Positions 36,001 to 48,613 of a stretch of DNA of 61,360 nucleotides are shown here, one piece after another. A program made the position numbers and the translations under genes. Position 1 is the stretch's first letter. Every line of letters starts with the position of its first letter. Under the pieces are notes generated by a model. It worked only from the letters and a program-made list of their open reading frames with translations, was not told where the DNA came from and searched no databases. This DNA is from Octopus bimaculoides (lineage: Eukaryota). Location: assembly GCF_001194135.2 (NCBI RefSeq), contig NC_068991.1, forward strand, positions 54,959,290 to 55,020,649, given 5' to 3'.

Positions 36001-39000
36001 CTGCTACTAGTGAATTTAGAGCTCCATGTAGAGCAGTGGTTGTGAACCATTTTTTACCTATGGAACCTCTTTGATTCCTGTTTTACACGGCTGAATCTTC
36101 CAACCTATTCAATGCTTAAAAATTCCTACTACATTTTGAAAATTAAATATTATTAGGAATTGTATTAAAAATTGTTAAAGTATTTTGTGTATTGTAAAAG
36201 TTTAACCAATTTATTGCAGATAAATTTTAGCTTCAGCCAGGGTTCTAACAGGCAAGGCACATAGGTTTAAAATCTTTTGGCAAGGTAACACAGATGGAGT
36301 AGGAAGGGGGTAGGCATACACCTTGTGGAGAAATGGGTGGATAAGGTCATAGAGACTGTCAGGGTATGCGATAGAGTGCTTAAGCTCAGGCTAGTGTTGC
36401 AGAACAGTATAGCAACAATTATCTCTGCCTACGCCCCACAAGTGGGCCTACCAAATGATCAGAAGGACAATTTTTATGATACTCTTCTACAGGCTACCTC
36501 AAAGACAAGTGGCAATAACCTCATCTTTGCGGCTGGAGATTTTAATGGGCATGTTGGACGACAATCTGGTATCTTCGCTGGTGTACACAGGGGCCATGGT
36601 ATTAGTTCCTGAAAAAATGAGGGAACTAGGCCACTGGAGTTCTGTCATGCATGTAACCTTTTAATCTGCAACACTAACTTCAAGAAGCCAGACAGCCACC
36701 TGATAACCTATCAATCAGGTGACTCCGCTAGCCAGATTGATTTCACCCTCACCAGACAGCGGGACACAGGGTTGCTCTTAAATACAAAGATTCTCCCAGG
36801 TGAGGAATGTATGTCCCAGCATAGACTAGTCATCAGTGACTTTTGACTCAAGGCCAGAAGGATGCCAAGAAGCAAACCAATCCAGAAAAGGATTTGGAAG
36901 CTAAAGAACCCTTCACATGATCAGAGATTTAGGGACATCCTCATCAAGAAATTTGATGAAAGGGAGGAGGAGCTACAGACCTCGGACATAGAAGGTAGCT
37001 AGAAATTCCTACGGAACTGCTTACTGAGTGCCACAGACCAAGTCTGTGGATGGTGCAATGTCCCTTCCAGACCTAGAGTAACGTGATGGTGGAATAATAC
37101 GGTAGACAAAGCCATTAGAACAAAGAAACAGGCTTGGAAATCCTGGAAGGGTGGGGATAGCAGGGAACTGTACCAGATAGCCAAAAGGGAAGCTGGGCGA
37201 CAGGTATACATAACCAAGGGTGAAGCAGAAGAGAAGAAGTTTGCCAATGTCCAGCGACGTGAGGACCAAAGAACTGAATTATTTCGGATTGCAAGACAGT
37301 GTGTGAGAGAAAATTGTTATGTCACAGGAGAGAAAGGTGTTCACATGGATGATGGTGCACTTGCTTTTGACGATTCGGAAAAGAAAGAGGCTTGGAGAAG
37401 CCATTATGAAAGACTGCTGAACGTGGAGAATGAATGGGAGGGGGAGAGTCTGCCAAATGTTGATCCAGTAGAAGGACCAGCTATCCAAATAGACAGCAGC
37501 CTGGTAGATAAAGCAATTAAGGGTATGAAGCCAGGAAAAGCCCCCGGCCCATCAGGAAACACTGCTAAGATGCTTAAAACATCTGGTAGTGTGGGCTATG
37601 GCCTAGTCACCCGTATTGTAAACCAGGTAGTTCATGATGGAGTCAAATCCAATAACTGGCGTAGCAGCACCATAGTCAACTGCTACAAGGGTAAAGATGA
37701 TTCTTTAGATAGAAATAACTACAGGGATATCAAACTGCTGGATCATGTGATGAAGGTCATGGAGAGGGTCATAGCCCAACTAATTAGGGAGAGAGTCTGC
37801 TTAGATGAGATGCAATTCGGTTGTGTACCAGGTAGAAGCACCACTGATGCTATATTCCTGGTACGGCAACTACAGGAGAATTACATAGCCAAAGATAATC
37901 CCCTATATCTGGCTTTTGTGGACTTGAAGAAAGCCTCTGATAGGGTCACCCGACCCCTTATCTGGTGGGTGATGCGGAAACTGGGGATTGACGAATGGCT
38001 AATAAGGGCTGTACAGGCCCTATATAAAAATGCCATTAGTAAGGTTAGGGTTGACAATGAATATAGTGAAGAATTCCGGGTAGAAGTAGGAGTCCACCAA
38101 AGATCAGCCATCAGCCCCGGCTTATTCATCATAGTCCTCCAGGCAATAACAGAGGAATTCAAGACAGGTTGCCCCTGGGAGCTCCTCTATTCTGATGACC
38201 TGGCTCTCATAGCAGAATCACTACCAGAACTAGAGAAGAAATTCCAGGTGTGGAAGCAAGGTTTAGAGTCGAAGGGCCTTAGAGTCAATGTCGCAAAGAC
38301 CAAAGTTCTAGTAAGTAGGAAGGTGAACACATACACACCCCTTCAGGTAGGTGGCCCTGCTCAATCTATAGAAAAAGTGTAGGTAGAAACTTCATAAGAT
38401 GTACCCAGTGTAAGCTATGGACGCATAAGAGGTGCAGCAACATCAAAGGAAGATTAACCAGGAAGATAGCTTTCGTGTGCAGCAGATGCACTGGGGCAAT
38501 AAACACCACAGATGCTCAGAAAATAGATTCCATCACATGCCAGGGGAAGAAACTAGAAGTAGTTGATAGTTTCCACTACCTAGGGGACCAAGTCAGTAGT
38601 GAGGGTGGATGCTCGGAGGGCGTTACCACTAGAATAAGAATTGCCTGAGCAAAGTTCAGACAACTTCTACCCCTACTGGTGACAAAGGGCCTCTCACTCA
38701 GAGTGAAAGGTAGATTGTATGATACATGTGTACGAACTGCCATTCATCATGGCAGTGAAACATGGGCCGTGACTGCTGAAGACATGTGTAGGCTCAAAAG
38801 AAATGAAGCTAGCATTATCGGTTGGATGAGCAATGTCAGTGTGCACACATGACAGAATGTAAGCACCCTGAGAGAAATGTTGGACAAAAGAAACATTGGA
38901 TGTGGCCTGCAAGAGAGACATTTGTATTGGTATGGTCATGTACTATACAGATGGATGAGGAGAGATGTGTGAAGAAGTGCCACTCCTAAACAGTGGAAAG

Positions 39001-42000
39001 AATCTGGGGTAGAAGGAGACCCAGGAAGACATGGGATGAGGTAGTGAAGCATGACCTTCGAACGTTGGGCCTCACAGAGGATATGACGAAAGATAGGGAC
39101 TTCTGAAGATATGCTGTGGCTGAGAAGACCTGGCAAATAAAGTGAGATCACAGCTGTAACCTACATCAGTATCGCATAACCCACCAACTTAAAAGTACCC
39201 TTGCATCATAGGGCGACATGTCATGCATAAGGAGACCTATTAGTCAAGTACATCAACATCAAATGAAATCATATTACAATCAAATGGAAATTGTAGTTGT
39301 GGTCCCTGCGCTGGTGGCACGTAAAAAGCACCATCCGATCATGGTTGATGCCAGCCCCCTCTGGCCCCTGTGCTGGTGGCACATAAAAAGCACCCACTAC
39401 ACTCTTGGAGTGGTTGGCATTAGGAAGAGCATCCAGCTGTAGAAACATTGCCAGATCAGATTTAGGTCTGGTGCAGCCGCCTGACTTTCCAGACCCCAGT
39501 CAAACCATTCAACCCATGCCAGCATGGAAAACGGACATCAAACAATGATGATGAAAGTCTTATATGGACTCCCAAGAGTCACTGTTGTAGAGCATAATCA
39601 TCCAGGTTACTTCCTGTAAAGAAGTCTGGTAACTTCTGTACATAGTAGTATTACTAGTCATGATGTATGAAACAAATATATGGAAAAAGGATAAACACAA
39701 GATGCAAATAATACCACTTGTTCTCTACACAAGTTTCACCATTGTGGCTATTTGTAACCCCTGCAGTAGCTGTTTATAATGTAATTGTATGCAGACCATC
39801 AATGATTCTGCAAGGAGGCATCTTATTTACATTATGTAAGATCTCCATATGTTTGTACATGATGGATGTCAATTCATTTGACAAATTACCTTTTTTTTTT
39901 TTTTTTTGGACTAATTTACTTGAACCTTACCTTCTGAATCTGAACAGCCAATTCTCTAGTTGGAGATAGAACCAAAGCTTGTGTTTCACGGGTCTGTGTA
40001 TCAAGACATTGTAGAATGGACAGAGCAAAAGTAGCTGTTTTTCCAGTGCCAGACTGAGCTCTGTAATAAAGAGGATAAAATGTGAAATACAAATTTAACA
40101 CAAAGAAATAAATATTAGCATTAACTATTTATTTTTCACTTGTTTTAGTCACTAGAACGTGACCACTCTGGGACACCACCATCAAGAGTTTAACTGAATA
40201 AACTGACTGCGGTACTTATTGTTTTTTTGCAAGTCTAGTACTTAGTCAGTCTATTTTGTTAAACCACTAAGTTACGGTGAAGTAAACAAACCAATACAGG
40301 TTGTCTAGCAGTGTATGTGGGTGGGGAACAAATATAGACACAAAGACTCACACACACATCTTTGTGAAACATTCTGATAAGTTATTTCAATTCCATCACG
40401 ACCATAGCCTATACTTTTACAATACTAACCTGCAAAGGTTTGCTGTGCAAGTACCCACTGTTACAATTTAAATTTTAGCTATTTTGGAAATAAAGAGGCA
40501 AAGCAACAACTTATAATTTAATATTATTGTTTGTGACAGTGTCCTTGTGTTCAAATATTTTGCTTTAAATAATCTTAACTATAAAATAAAATTAAAAAAT
40601 CACATCGGATTTTAATAGTCTACAAAATAATATTCATAGCACAATATAATTTTTATTGGTGAAATTTGACCAATATTTTACAAAGAAAAATGAAATTTAC
40701 ATGTACAGGAGTATCTGCCTGGTAAAAATTCAGACATTGCTCTCCACACATTGTATGTCTTGCAAACAACTCGCACATGCAAGTGCTACCAGTTGAGAAC
40801 TCCGAATACTGGAAGCCAGCAAGTGTATGGGGTCATCAGGAGAGAATGCGCGCCTTTTCAGGGCCTACCTCTCGACGGCATCAATGTGCACTGGACCCCC
40901 CTTCACTGATATGAGGCCCTGCTTGCTAGATCAACTGATTATTACAAACAAAGCTTAATATTTCTTTAGCCATCGCTCATCGTCTCTTTTTAACCAAATC
41001 CAGTGGCTAGCCTTCTCCACTCATGGTGATATTTACCTTACGATGAGTTAGGCCTAACGATAACAGCAGTCGTCTCACACTGTGTCCTACAAACCCTCTA
41101 CATCCAACTTCAATTGGAAAATGCTCCGCTTTCCAGCCTGCGTCTTCACATTTCTCGAGGGAATAAAGAACATTCTCACTATGATGATTCCATGCTAATT
41201 TGGGGTTCTAGAAGACTTATGTAGCTCAATTTAGTGCAGAAATAGGTTTACTTAGTAATTAGCTCATCTATTTCTTGAAATTCTGGCTCAAACTTGATAT
41301 TTGAAGCCTTAGATTTATGTTCTGTTTCAGCTCTTGCTGCATAGGAATATGTCAGTTTCTCAAAAAGCGTTAGTGAGAGTTAAACCTATATGAGCAGCTG
41401 TGGTAGTCCCCTTTTTATTGACTTTGTGTTTTTCTGCTATCTCACTGCCAATTTGGCAATGGCCATATTTAATTCATGAGAAATTTTTCTTTCTTACGGT
41501 ATAAAATTCTTGAAAACGTTCTTTTCTAAATAAAAATTAGTGATAACATTTTCACTTTCATATATCATAACAATTATTTGACTTACCCCCATCAATTTTT
41601 GTATCAAGATAAAGTAAAAATAGTCCTCTTCATGACTACCATTTTCAACACAAATTGAGTTATAGTGCTCCAGCGCATTGAACTAGAACAACGGCTACCA
41701 TTCAGAAATCAAAAACAGGATGAACTTTGTGAATGGGTGGAAATACGAGGGTGATTGAGGGAAACAGATCAAAAGTATGAGAAGAAAGTTTACATCCAGA
41801 ACTTTCAACTGATATATAATTGTCCACAGAAAAAAGTGTATTTTGACATGAAAATGACCAAGTGGGTTTTTGTGTGGTCAAACTGTTCTGGTCTCCCTTG
41901 TACAGAGCTCTAGAGTGATACCTAATATAGAGCAAAATTTCCCAATGTCCTGCTCATATGGCTACTTCACCAATACAGTTAACAGTTAATTTACCACAGT

Positions 42001-42343
42001 TGCTTTACTACATAATAATTACATAACCATCTCCTCTCCTCTCATCATCATTATTTAACATCTATCTTCCATGCTGGCATGGGTTGGATGGTTTGACAGG
42101 GGCTGGCAAGTTGAAGAGCTGTACCAGGCTCCAGTTGTCTGTTTTGGCAAGGTTTCTATGGCTCAATGCCCTTCCTAATGCCAACCACTTTACAGAGTGT
42201 ACTGGATGCCTTTTATGTTGCACCAGCACTAACATTTTTAAGAGGTACCAATTTATATAACATTACTTACTGAGCGATAACATCTCTGCCATTAATAATT
42301 GGTTTTATAGCTCTCTGTTGAATAGCAGATGGTTTCTCAAAAC
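26631..42343 (-). CDS. EIF4A3: Eukaryotic initiation factor 4A-III (exon junction complex DEAD-box helicase DDX48); first coding exon not found in the visible sequence
   Basis: Nine phase-consistent exons (1067 nt): 42271-42343, 39931-40060, 35536-35668, 35059-35281, 33189-33327, 30427-30542, 29183-29290, 27136-27263, 26631-26647. Motifs [52 protein letters not shown] and the eIF4A3-specific end [20 protein letters not shown]. Confidence 0.98.
27136..27263 (-). CDS. EIF4A3: eIF4A3 exon ([11 protein letters not shown]...IDEMPMN)
   Basis: tttctag|G...G|gtaaga; 128 nt. Confidence 0.97.
29183..29290 (-). CDS. EIF4A3: eIF4A3 exon ([12 protein letters not shown]...RELYIHR)
   Basis: polyT-ag|T...AG|gtaact; 108 nt. 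Confidence 0.97.
29683..29850 (-). mobile_element. RTE 3'-tail element (5'-truncated LINE or SINE tail) with (ATG)n end
   Basis: Same sequence as the RTE 3'UTR at 39400-39554; further copies at about 6560-6740, 23700-23895, 32920-33060, 34560-34700 and 42045-42230. Confidence 0.8.
30427..30542 (-). CDS. EIF4A3: eIF4A3 exon ([13 protein letters not shown]...EFRSGA)
   Basis: ttttcag|GTT...AG|gtaagt; 116 nt. Confidence 0.97.
31890..32406 (-). mobile_element. Octopus tRNA-derived SINE with internal microsatellite, carrying a nested mariner MITE
   Basis: Head GTGGCTGTGTGG...GCACCTTGGGCAAGTG on the minus strand. Confidence 0.8.
32017..32232. mobile_element. mariner-type MITE
   Basis: TA|CAAGGGGGTGCTGAAAAGTTCCTGGCTT ... 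AAGCCAGGAACTTTTCAGCACCCCT. Confidence 0.8.
32555..32890 (+). mobile_element. Octopus SINE, same family as 31890-32406, opposite orientation
   Basis: TGGCTGTGTGGTTAAG head through the GAAACAAGTAAAAGA tail. Confidence 0.8.
33189..33327 (-). CDS. EIF4A3: eIF4A3 exon ([12 protein letters not shown]...FCNTKRK)
   Basis: cttgcag|T...AAG|gtaaat; 139 nt. Confidence 0.97.
35059..35281 (-). CDS. EIF4A3: eIF4A3 exon ([10 protein letters not shown]...DESD...RILVKR)
   Basis: cctccag|AT...CG|gtaagg; 223 nt. Confidence 0.97.
35536..35668 (-). CDS. EIF4A3: eIF4A3 exon ([16 protein letters not shown]...GTPGRVF)
   Basis: polyT-cag|GTT...G|gtaagt; 133 nt. Confidence 0.97.
36240..39554 (+). mobile_element. Near-full-length degenerate RTE-clade LINE (APE endonuclease, RT, Cys-rich region, 3'UTR), antisense in an eIF4A3 intron
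   Basis: IISAYAPQ / AGDFNGHVG / SQIDF endonuclease motifs; RT ORF 37303-38382 ([32 protein letters not shown]); several stops and frameshifts; (ATG)n tail. Confidence 0.96.
39931..40060 (-). CDS. EIF4A3: eIF4A3 exon (AQSGTGKT...ELAVQIQK)
   Basis: ttattacag|A...AAG|gtaagg; 130 nt. Confidence 0.97.
40700..41190 (-). mobile_element. 3' fragment of a Hero/NeSL-group non-LTR retrotransposon (restriction-like endonuclease end plus 3'UTR)
   Basis: Minus-strand translation [36 protein letters not shown]...[14 protein letters not shown] matches the recalled Hero C-terminal P.EVGCRGF / EKAS.W.W.KR motifs. Confidence 0.75.
42271..42343 (-). CDS. EIF4A3: eIF4A3 exon ([25 protein letters not shown])
   Basis: tttacag|GT...CA|gtaagt; 73 nt. 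Confidence 0.97.
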
Positions 42344-45300
42344 CTGTAAATACAGAATAGAGACAATTCTTATTTTTCCTTCTTACATTTTGTAATTATT
42401 CTGAGAAAACAATGATTCAATAAATAACAACTATATTTTGCTCTTGTATTTGGTTTGCAAGATTCTTGATGTGAACAGATGTGTTGAAACTTATTTGGTT
42501 GTATCTCAAGAGGGCCAATAATAAGCACAAGCAATGGTTCTGTTTCACTTTTTTATTATTATTTATTAGTCAATTAATTAGCCATTTAACCATTTAACTA
42601 CTTGACTGTTTGATTAATGGTTCAGTCAATCAATCAGTTAGGTTTATCACAGTCCTTTCATCACCATTTGCAACCTCATCAATGACATACCCTCTCTACT
42701 CCAGGTCTATTTGTTTGTCTATCATCCAAGCTTGCAGAGTCAATATTTATATGAATGTAAGTGAGAACGTATGTGAGAGAAGGAGAGAGAATGTAAGCAT
42801 ATGCATCATGTGAGTACATGTTCGTGCGTTCGTATGTGTGCAGATGTCAGCTTGATTGACATAGTGGATTCTGTGAGCGTGCAATGTATTTGTGCACGGT
42901 GTGGAATATGAGCAAGTTATTTCTTTAACCTGGGTTCAGTCATTAGACTGTAGCCATGAAGAATTTTAGTCAAATGAATCAACTTCAGTACTTTCTTTTC
43001 TTTTAAATCTAGTACTTCTTTCTATCAGTTGCTTTTGCTGAACCAATAAGTTACAGGGATGTAAACACATCAACACCTGTGTGTTACTACTTTTGTCTCT
43101 TGGAATGGACTGTGTCAGTGCATGTACAGATAAGTCCAATGGCTTAATTTTGGGGATGATATGTATCAAATTACAATTTAATGACCCTCCAATTTTCAGT
43201 CTAATAACTAAAAGAAATAAGAAATATAATATTTCAGTATTAATGAACACATTGCTCACATAAGCAAAGCATATAATCCTGCTCATGCACAAAACATACC
43301 AATGTACATTTATAGACACACCATTGTATGAACCAACAGAATAAGTACCAGGCTTAAAAAAGTACTAGGGCTGATTCATTTCACTACAATTCTTCAATGC
43401 AATGTCCTAGCATGGTTGCAGTCTAATAACTGAAATAAATAAAAAATAAAAGACACCAATTCATGTTTATTAACCTAATACTAACACCAATGTATATATA
43501 TATATACTGACTTAATAAGACAGTAGTTTTTTCTTCTCTTCCTTCTGGATGTGGTGTAGAGAAAGTCTGACATGTCTGCTACAGTATATGATTTAAGTGG
43601 ATATCCAACCACTTAGATATCAAGGTACATATGGTATGCACTTACATATAGCATGCACATGGTGGTATGCATCAGTGACACACAGGCAAACAAATATATG
43701 TGTATTCATAAATGATCTTATATATATATATCTTGTATTTTTTTATTAGTATCATTTTTTTTATGATGGGCTCTATTTTTTCTCTGCTCTTCACCTCCCT
43801 TGTACACTCTAACTATAATCCCTTACTTCACAAGGTTTACAAAAGGAGGATATGTTATCTTTTTATCATATCTATGTCTGTTATAAGTATATTTATCTTA
43901 ATGTTATAGGATATAGTTGAAATTCCTATGGACTACATACTCAGAAGGCAGGGTTTTGTATAATACAAATGAAGGAACTTATCATCATCAGTGGCAGACT
44001 GCCAGGTTGCCAGCTTGCCCAATGGCAAGTAGACCCCTGTGCCATTAGAATCCATATATTAGGGCCTGTGTTAGTATCTAAGGGGCCCATCCCCTAAAGT
44101 TTGTGAATTTTTAATTCAATCCTGGAAGAATGCATTAACTATTTTTAGCCTGGCTGTGTTTGTAGACAGTTGAAAAGAATACTGAAAAAAAAAAAAAAAA
44201 TTAATGATAGCATTGTAGTTGTGGATGGGTTCCCTTAGTCTCCTGGTAACCAATATTTTTAGATCCAGTCTACCACTGATCATCATCATCTTAATGTCCA
44301 TGTTCCATGCTGGTATGAGCTGGATGAGTTGACGGGATCCACTGGATCCCAGAACAGCATTGTGCTCCAATGTCTCATCAACATCCATGTTCTATGCTGG
44401 CATGGACTGGATGGTTTGACAGGATGTGATGAGTCCAAGAACTGTATCATACTCCAAAGTGTTCTGGTATGGATTTTATGACTGGATATGTCTGGTCTGT
44501 TATGCTACTGTTTTCGTTGATGCTGCTGCTGTTATTACTTTCATCATCTACATAAGGATTATTGCTAATGTCAGTTAATACCCTTTTTCTCTTGTTTTAT
44601 CTCAAACACTGCAGTGCCAGGGATAACAGGTATTCTATTGAAACTTGAAATGTAGTAGATTAGTTTTGCCCTTTCATTTTCATTTCTGCCAATCATAAAA
44701 TAACCATGTAAATATGGGCACAGGCATTCCTGCATGGTTAAGAAGCCCATTTTGCAACCATGTGGTTTTGGGTGGGTCGTTCAATTGCTTGTGAACAAAT
44801 TAGGCAGACAGAAACTGTGTGAAAGCCTGTTGTGTATATATGTATGTATGTGTGCATGTGTCTTTCTTCCTGTGTTTGTCCCTCCACACTGGTTGACAAT
44901 CTGTTGGTTTGTTTACATCCCCATAACTTAGTGCTTCAGTATATACATATATACATAATACATATAATATATAAACCTACTATAATGGATAATACTAAGT
45001 GTACTTTTTCTTTTGTGATGTAATCTTTGAACTAACAATGTTTGCAGCTTTAAACCATCTTTTATATCAATAATATACCTATGCTGGTGTAATAACAGAT
45101 TGTTTATAAAGCTTGAAACATGTGTACTGTGATATCCTTTGTGTTCTGTTGGTTAGGTAGTTAATCGTGCGAGTGTTAATCTCAAGATTTACGAAAAGAT
45201 TATCCAAAAAACTCAGTTTGTGTATGTAGTATGAAAATGAAAGCATTAAAGTGAAACTATATGTCATTACACTATCGAAATGTGATTGTTTCAGTTTTGA

Positions 45301-45679
45301 TACTGAAATAGNNNNNNNNNNNNNNNNNNNNNNNNNNNNNNNNNNNNNNNNNNNNNNNNNNNNNNNNNNNNNNNNNNNNNNNNNNNNNNNNNNNNNNNNN
45401 NNNNNNNNNNNGTCTGGCTTCACCTCTGTTTGCCTCACCTCTCTCCACCACAACACACAGCCCATAACACCACAAACCCATTGAAGAATACAACAGTCAA
45501 TATTTCCAGTGGGATAGCGCTGCATTATTAATATTGTATGTAAAAAATTATAATTCATATTAAGACATACTCCGACATAAACCTAAGTTTTTCATACAAT
45601 CAATTTTTAATCATTATGAGTAAAAACGATTTGCAATTTTAACTGTTGAACATTTCGTTCAATGTCGTCATGTATCGTA

Positions 45680-46330
45680 CATCTGACATTACAACGGGAT
45701 TCGTCCCGATTAAGCGCGAGTTTTTCAGTTGCCTTGCCAATCTTGTTCCACCAGCTCATGATATTGTCCATCCATTGCATTCTTTGCCCATCTCTTGGTC
45801 TACTACCCTCTTCCTTGCATGATAATGTTTTCCAGAACTCTGCTTCTCCGAATATGGCTATATAGATGAACTTTTGGTTTTTCACCATTTTCAGGAGTTA
45901 TCTTTCACCTACTTGTAACACCAATCCGTTTGTCTGATGGACCGCGTAAGAGACTTATAACGTTCTCCCACACACCCACAATTCAAATGCATTAATTATA
46001 TTCTCTTTAAATTTGTTCAGAGTCCATGCTTCAGAACAATAAATATAGTTTGGCCAAATGAACGCTCACAGTTGCCTTAACTTAGTTGGGACTCTTTTGT
46101 TGCTCCAGATGTTATTAAGCTTTTCCACGGACGTTCTTGCTATGGCTAGCCATGTCCTAATTTCTTTCTTACATGTGGTTTCATCAGAAATTTGTACAAT
46201 TCAACCTGTTCGAGCCTCTCACTACTCAGTTTCAAGGCATTTTCTCTTTCCCCACTACTATGAGTTTTGTTTTATTATGGTTGAGATAAAGACCATGCGT
46301 ATTTGATGTCTTCCTTCTCGACAATATCAT
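45680..46330 (-). mobile_element. Old RTE/BovB-like LINE 3' fragment
   Basis: ARTSVEKLNNIWSNK..., YCSEAWT and KEEGSRPRDGQRMQWMDNI. Confidence 0.7.
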
Positions 46331-46958
46331 TTCTTATTGTTCATCTAATGTGCTGAAGCAAAACTGCGTGTACTAAGGCGATTGAAAGCCAGCGGATGTC
46401 AGCGTAGTTGGATCAGTCTTTAAACTTAGTCTTATCAACGATTAGAATAACATGATACACGTGCCATGATGACTTTATTGTTATTGGCAAAAGAACGTGC
46501 TTCATTCAAGGCGTAAATTTTGGAGGTGGGAAGGGAAAGCTATGCTTGCTATGAAAGCAGAGGACAACGTAGCTCTAAGCCAACTTCTGATAATGGAAAA
46601 CAAGGAGCATTTTTAGACTTACAAGAAGGAAATAATTCAGAAGGCAACTGCCGCGAGAAGAGGTGTGATATATTCGAAAAGTTGGAGTGATGTATTCAAA
46701 CGACGGCATAACCTACACTGAGTATCCGTATTTCTGGTGAAGTCGCTGGTGCAGACAGCTAAGAAACTAATCAATTTTCCCAAGTTCTTAAAAGTATTAT
46801 AGAGCTTGGTAACAACGATTTCCAACTTGTATTCAAATTAAACAAAACATTTTTTTTCTGGGGAAAAGTCCCATCTTTCATTTTTATCTCCCAAGAAGCG
46901 AAGATACCTCCGAGTTCAAGGCCAGAAAAGACCTTTTACGATACAGCAAACCTATGTG

Positions 46959-48613
46959 TGCTGTATTAGGGTTGATTTGAGGCTAAATAACAACAAAATT
47001 TTTACTGAGACAGACCAACGACGGAGTCTGTGTGGTTGCATGACCTGCTAGAAAAAGTAGCCAAACTTTTTTATATACAGAATAGAAAAACCTCTGACAC
47101 GTTCAACCAGTATCCGAAGTTTCAAACTGTTTAGTTAAAAAAGATTAATTAAAAAATCTCTGACTTAGATTGACAAGATCCGTGAAACTATTTTCGTACA
47201 ACAATAGCCATAATATGTACCGAGTTCCGATAATATTTTCTATTTATTTCATACGAAAACTGAATAAATTGCGCTAGTCAAGGGAATCCCAATATTTGGA
47301 ATATGGATACTTGCTATCTTTTATTCTTTCAACTTTTCTTTAAATTCAGCTGCTTCATCATTCAATGAAGAATATTGTTTTAATCACAGGATAGCTTTGA
47401 TTGTAATGGATCTGTGAGAAAAGGCGTTCTAGCCATGACCATTTTGTCTTATTTTTTCTAGAAGTAATGAATTCCTAAGCGAACATTATAAAATAATATA
47501 AACTTGCATTTTGGATCTTTGGGGTTTGACGGGCAACATTTTTTTTGTAGTGTTTTTGGTACCGAAACACTTTCAAACTTCGAATATTTGTATATTTTGT
47601 GGTATAGAACAGATAAAAAATTTTGTATTCGAAGTTATTTTATGTAAAAAATTGTCGTATTTCGGTAATTTCAACCAATCACTGACGTCTATTGAGGTGA
47701 AAACAATTAATGCCGTAACGGTGTCATGGGATCTTTTCCCTTGAATAAAATTAGTCCCGTTGTTTGTCAATAACAACTACCCGTGTTACTCTTATTTATG
47801 ACATCGTTCGTGCGTTTGTACTGGTTTTAGCTTTAGGGTTAGGGTTCGGGTTTTAGAGTTAGGGTTAGTTTTAGGATTACGGTTAGGGTTATGATTATTT
47901 TTGCTATAACATTAACTCTAACCCTAACCCCAACCCTAACCCTAAAACCCGAACCCTAACCCTAAACTCTTACTAGGGAATAATGATATAATTAAACAGG
48001 GAATAACACACTTGACACCGAACAGCAGTAACTGTATTCAGCTGAATAGACGTCAGTGATTGGTTGAAATTACAGAAATACGACAACTTTAACATGAAAT
48101 AACTTGCGATGTACAATTTTTTGTTAAGAAGGTTAAGAGAAGTTGTTTTATATGACACATTCTACCAGTGTCCTAAGTTTGAAAGTGTTTCGTTAAGAAA
48201 ACAAATGTTGCCCGTCAAACCCCAAAGATCCTGCATATTTTTTTCTTGAAGACGGAAATATCATTTTTCTTTTTGTCAGGAAGGTTTGGTTGCTCTTTCT
48301 AGCAACTCGAGCGACCAGGTAAAGGCTCTCTTGTTGCCTCGCCTCGTTCCTTTCGTCACTTGTTTAGTCCCGAATTGGATCTGACTGAACAGATATGATC
48401 AAAGACGTCCCAACTGTATGCCATTCCGTCTTTCTTCCCAGATATAATAGACTCTACGTGTGTATCACAGGATAGAGGTTTTTCTATTCTGTATATAAAA
48501 AAAGTTTGGCTACTTTTTCTAGCAGGTCATGCAACCACATGCAGGCTCCGTCGTTGGTCTGTCTCAGTAATAATTTTGTTGTTATTTAGCCTCAAATCAA
48601 CCCTGATACAGCA
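46959..48613. repeat. About 135-bp near-identical inverted repeat pair (46959-47095 / 48474-48613)
   Basis: Manual comparison shows only a few mismatches or indels. Confidence 0.85.
47513..48231. mobile_element. Fold-back MITE with telomeric core, Merlin-like
   Basis: TIRs GGATCTTTGGGGTTTGACGGGCAACATT / reverse complement; 8-bp TSD TGCATTTT / TGCATATT; centre (TTAGGG)n...(CCCTAA)n. Confidence 0.85.

Noticed and set aside
37303-38382. 359-aa ORF as a host gene
   Set aside because: It is the RT of a degenerate RTE LINE, flanked by frameshifted LINE sequence.
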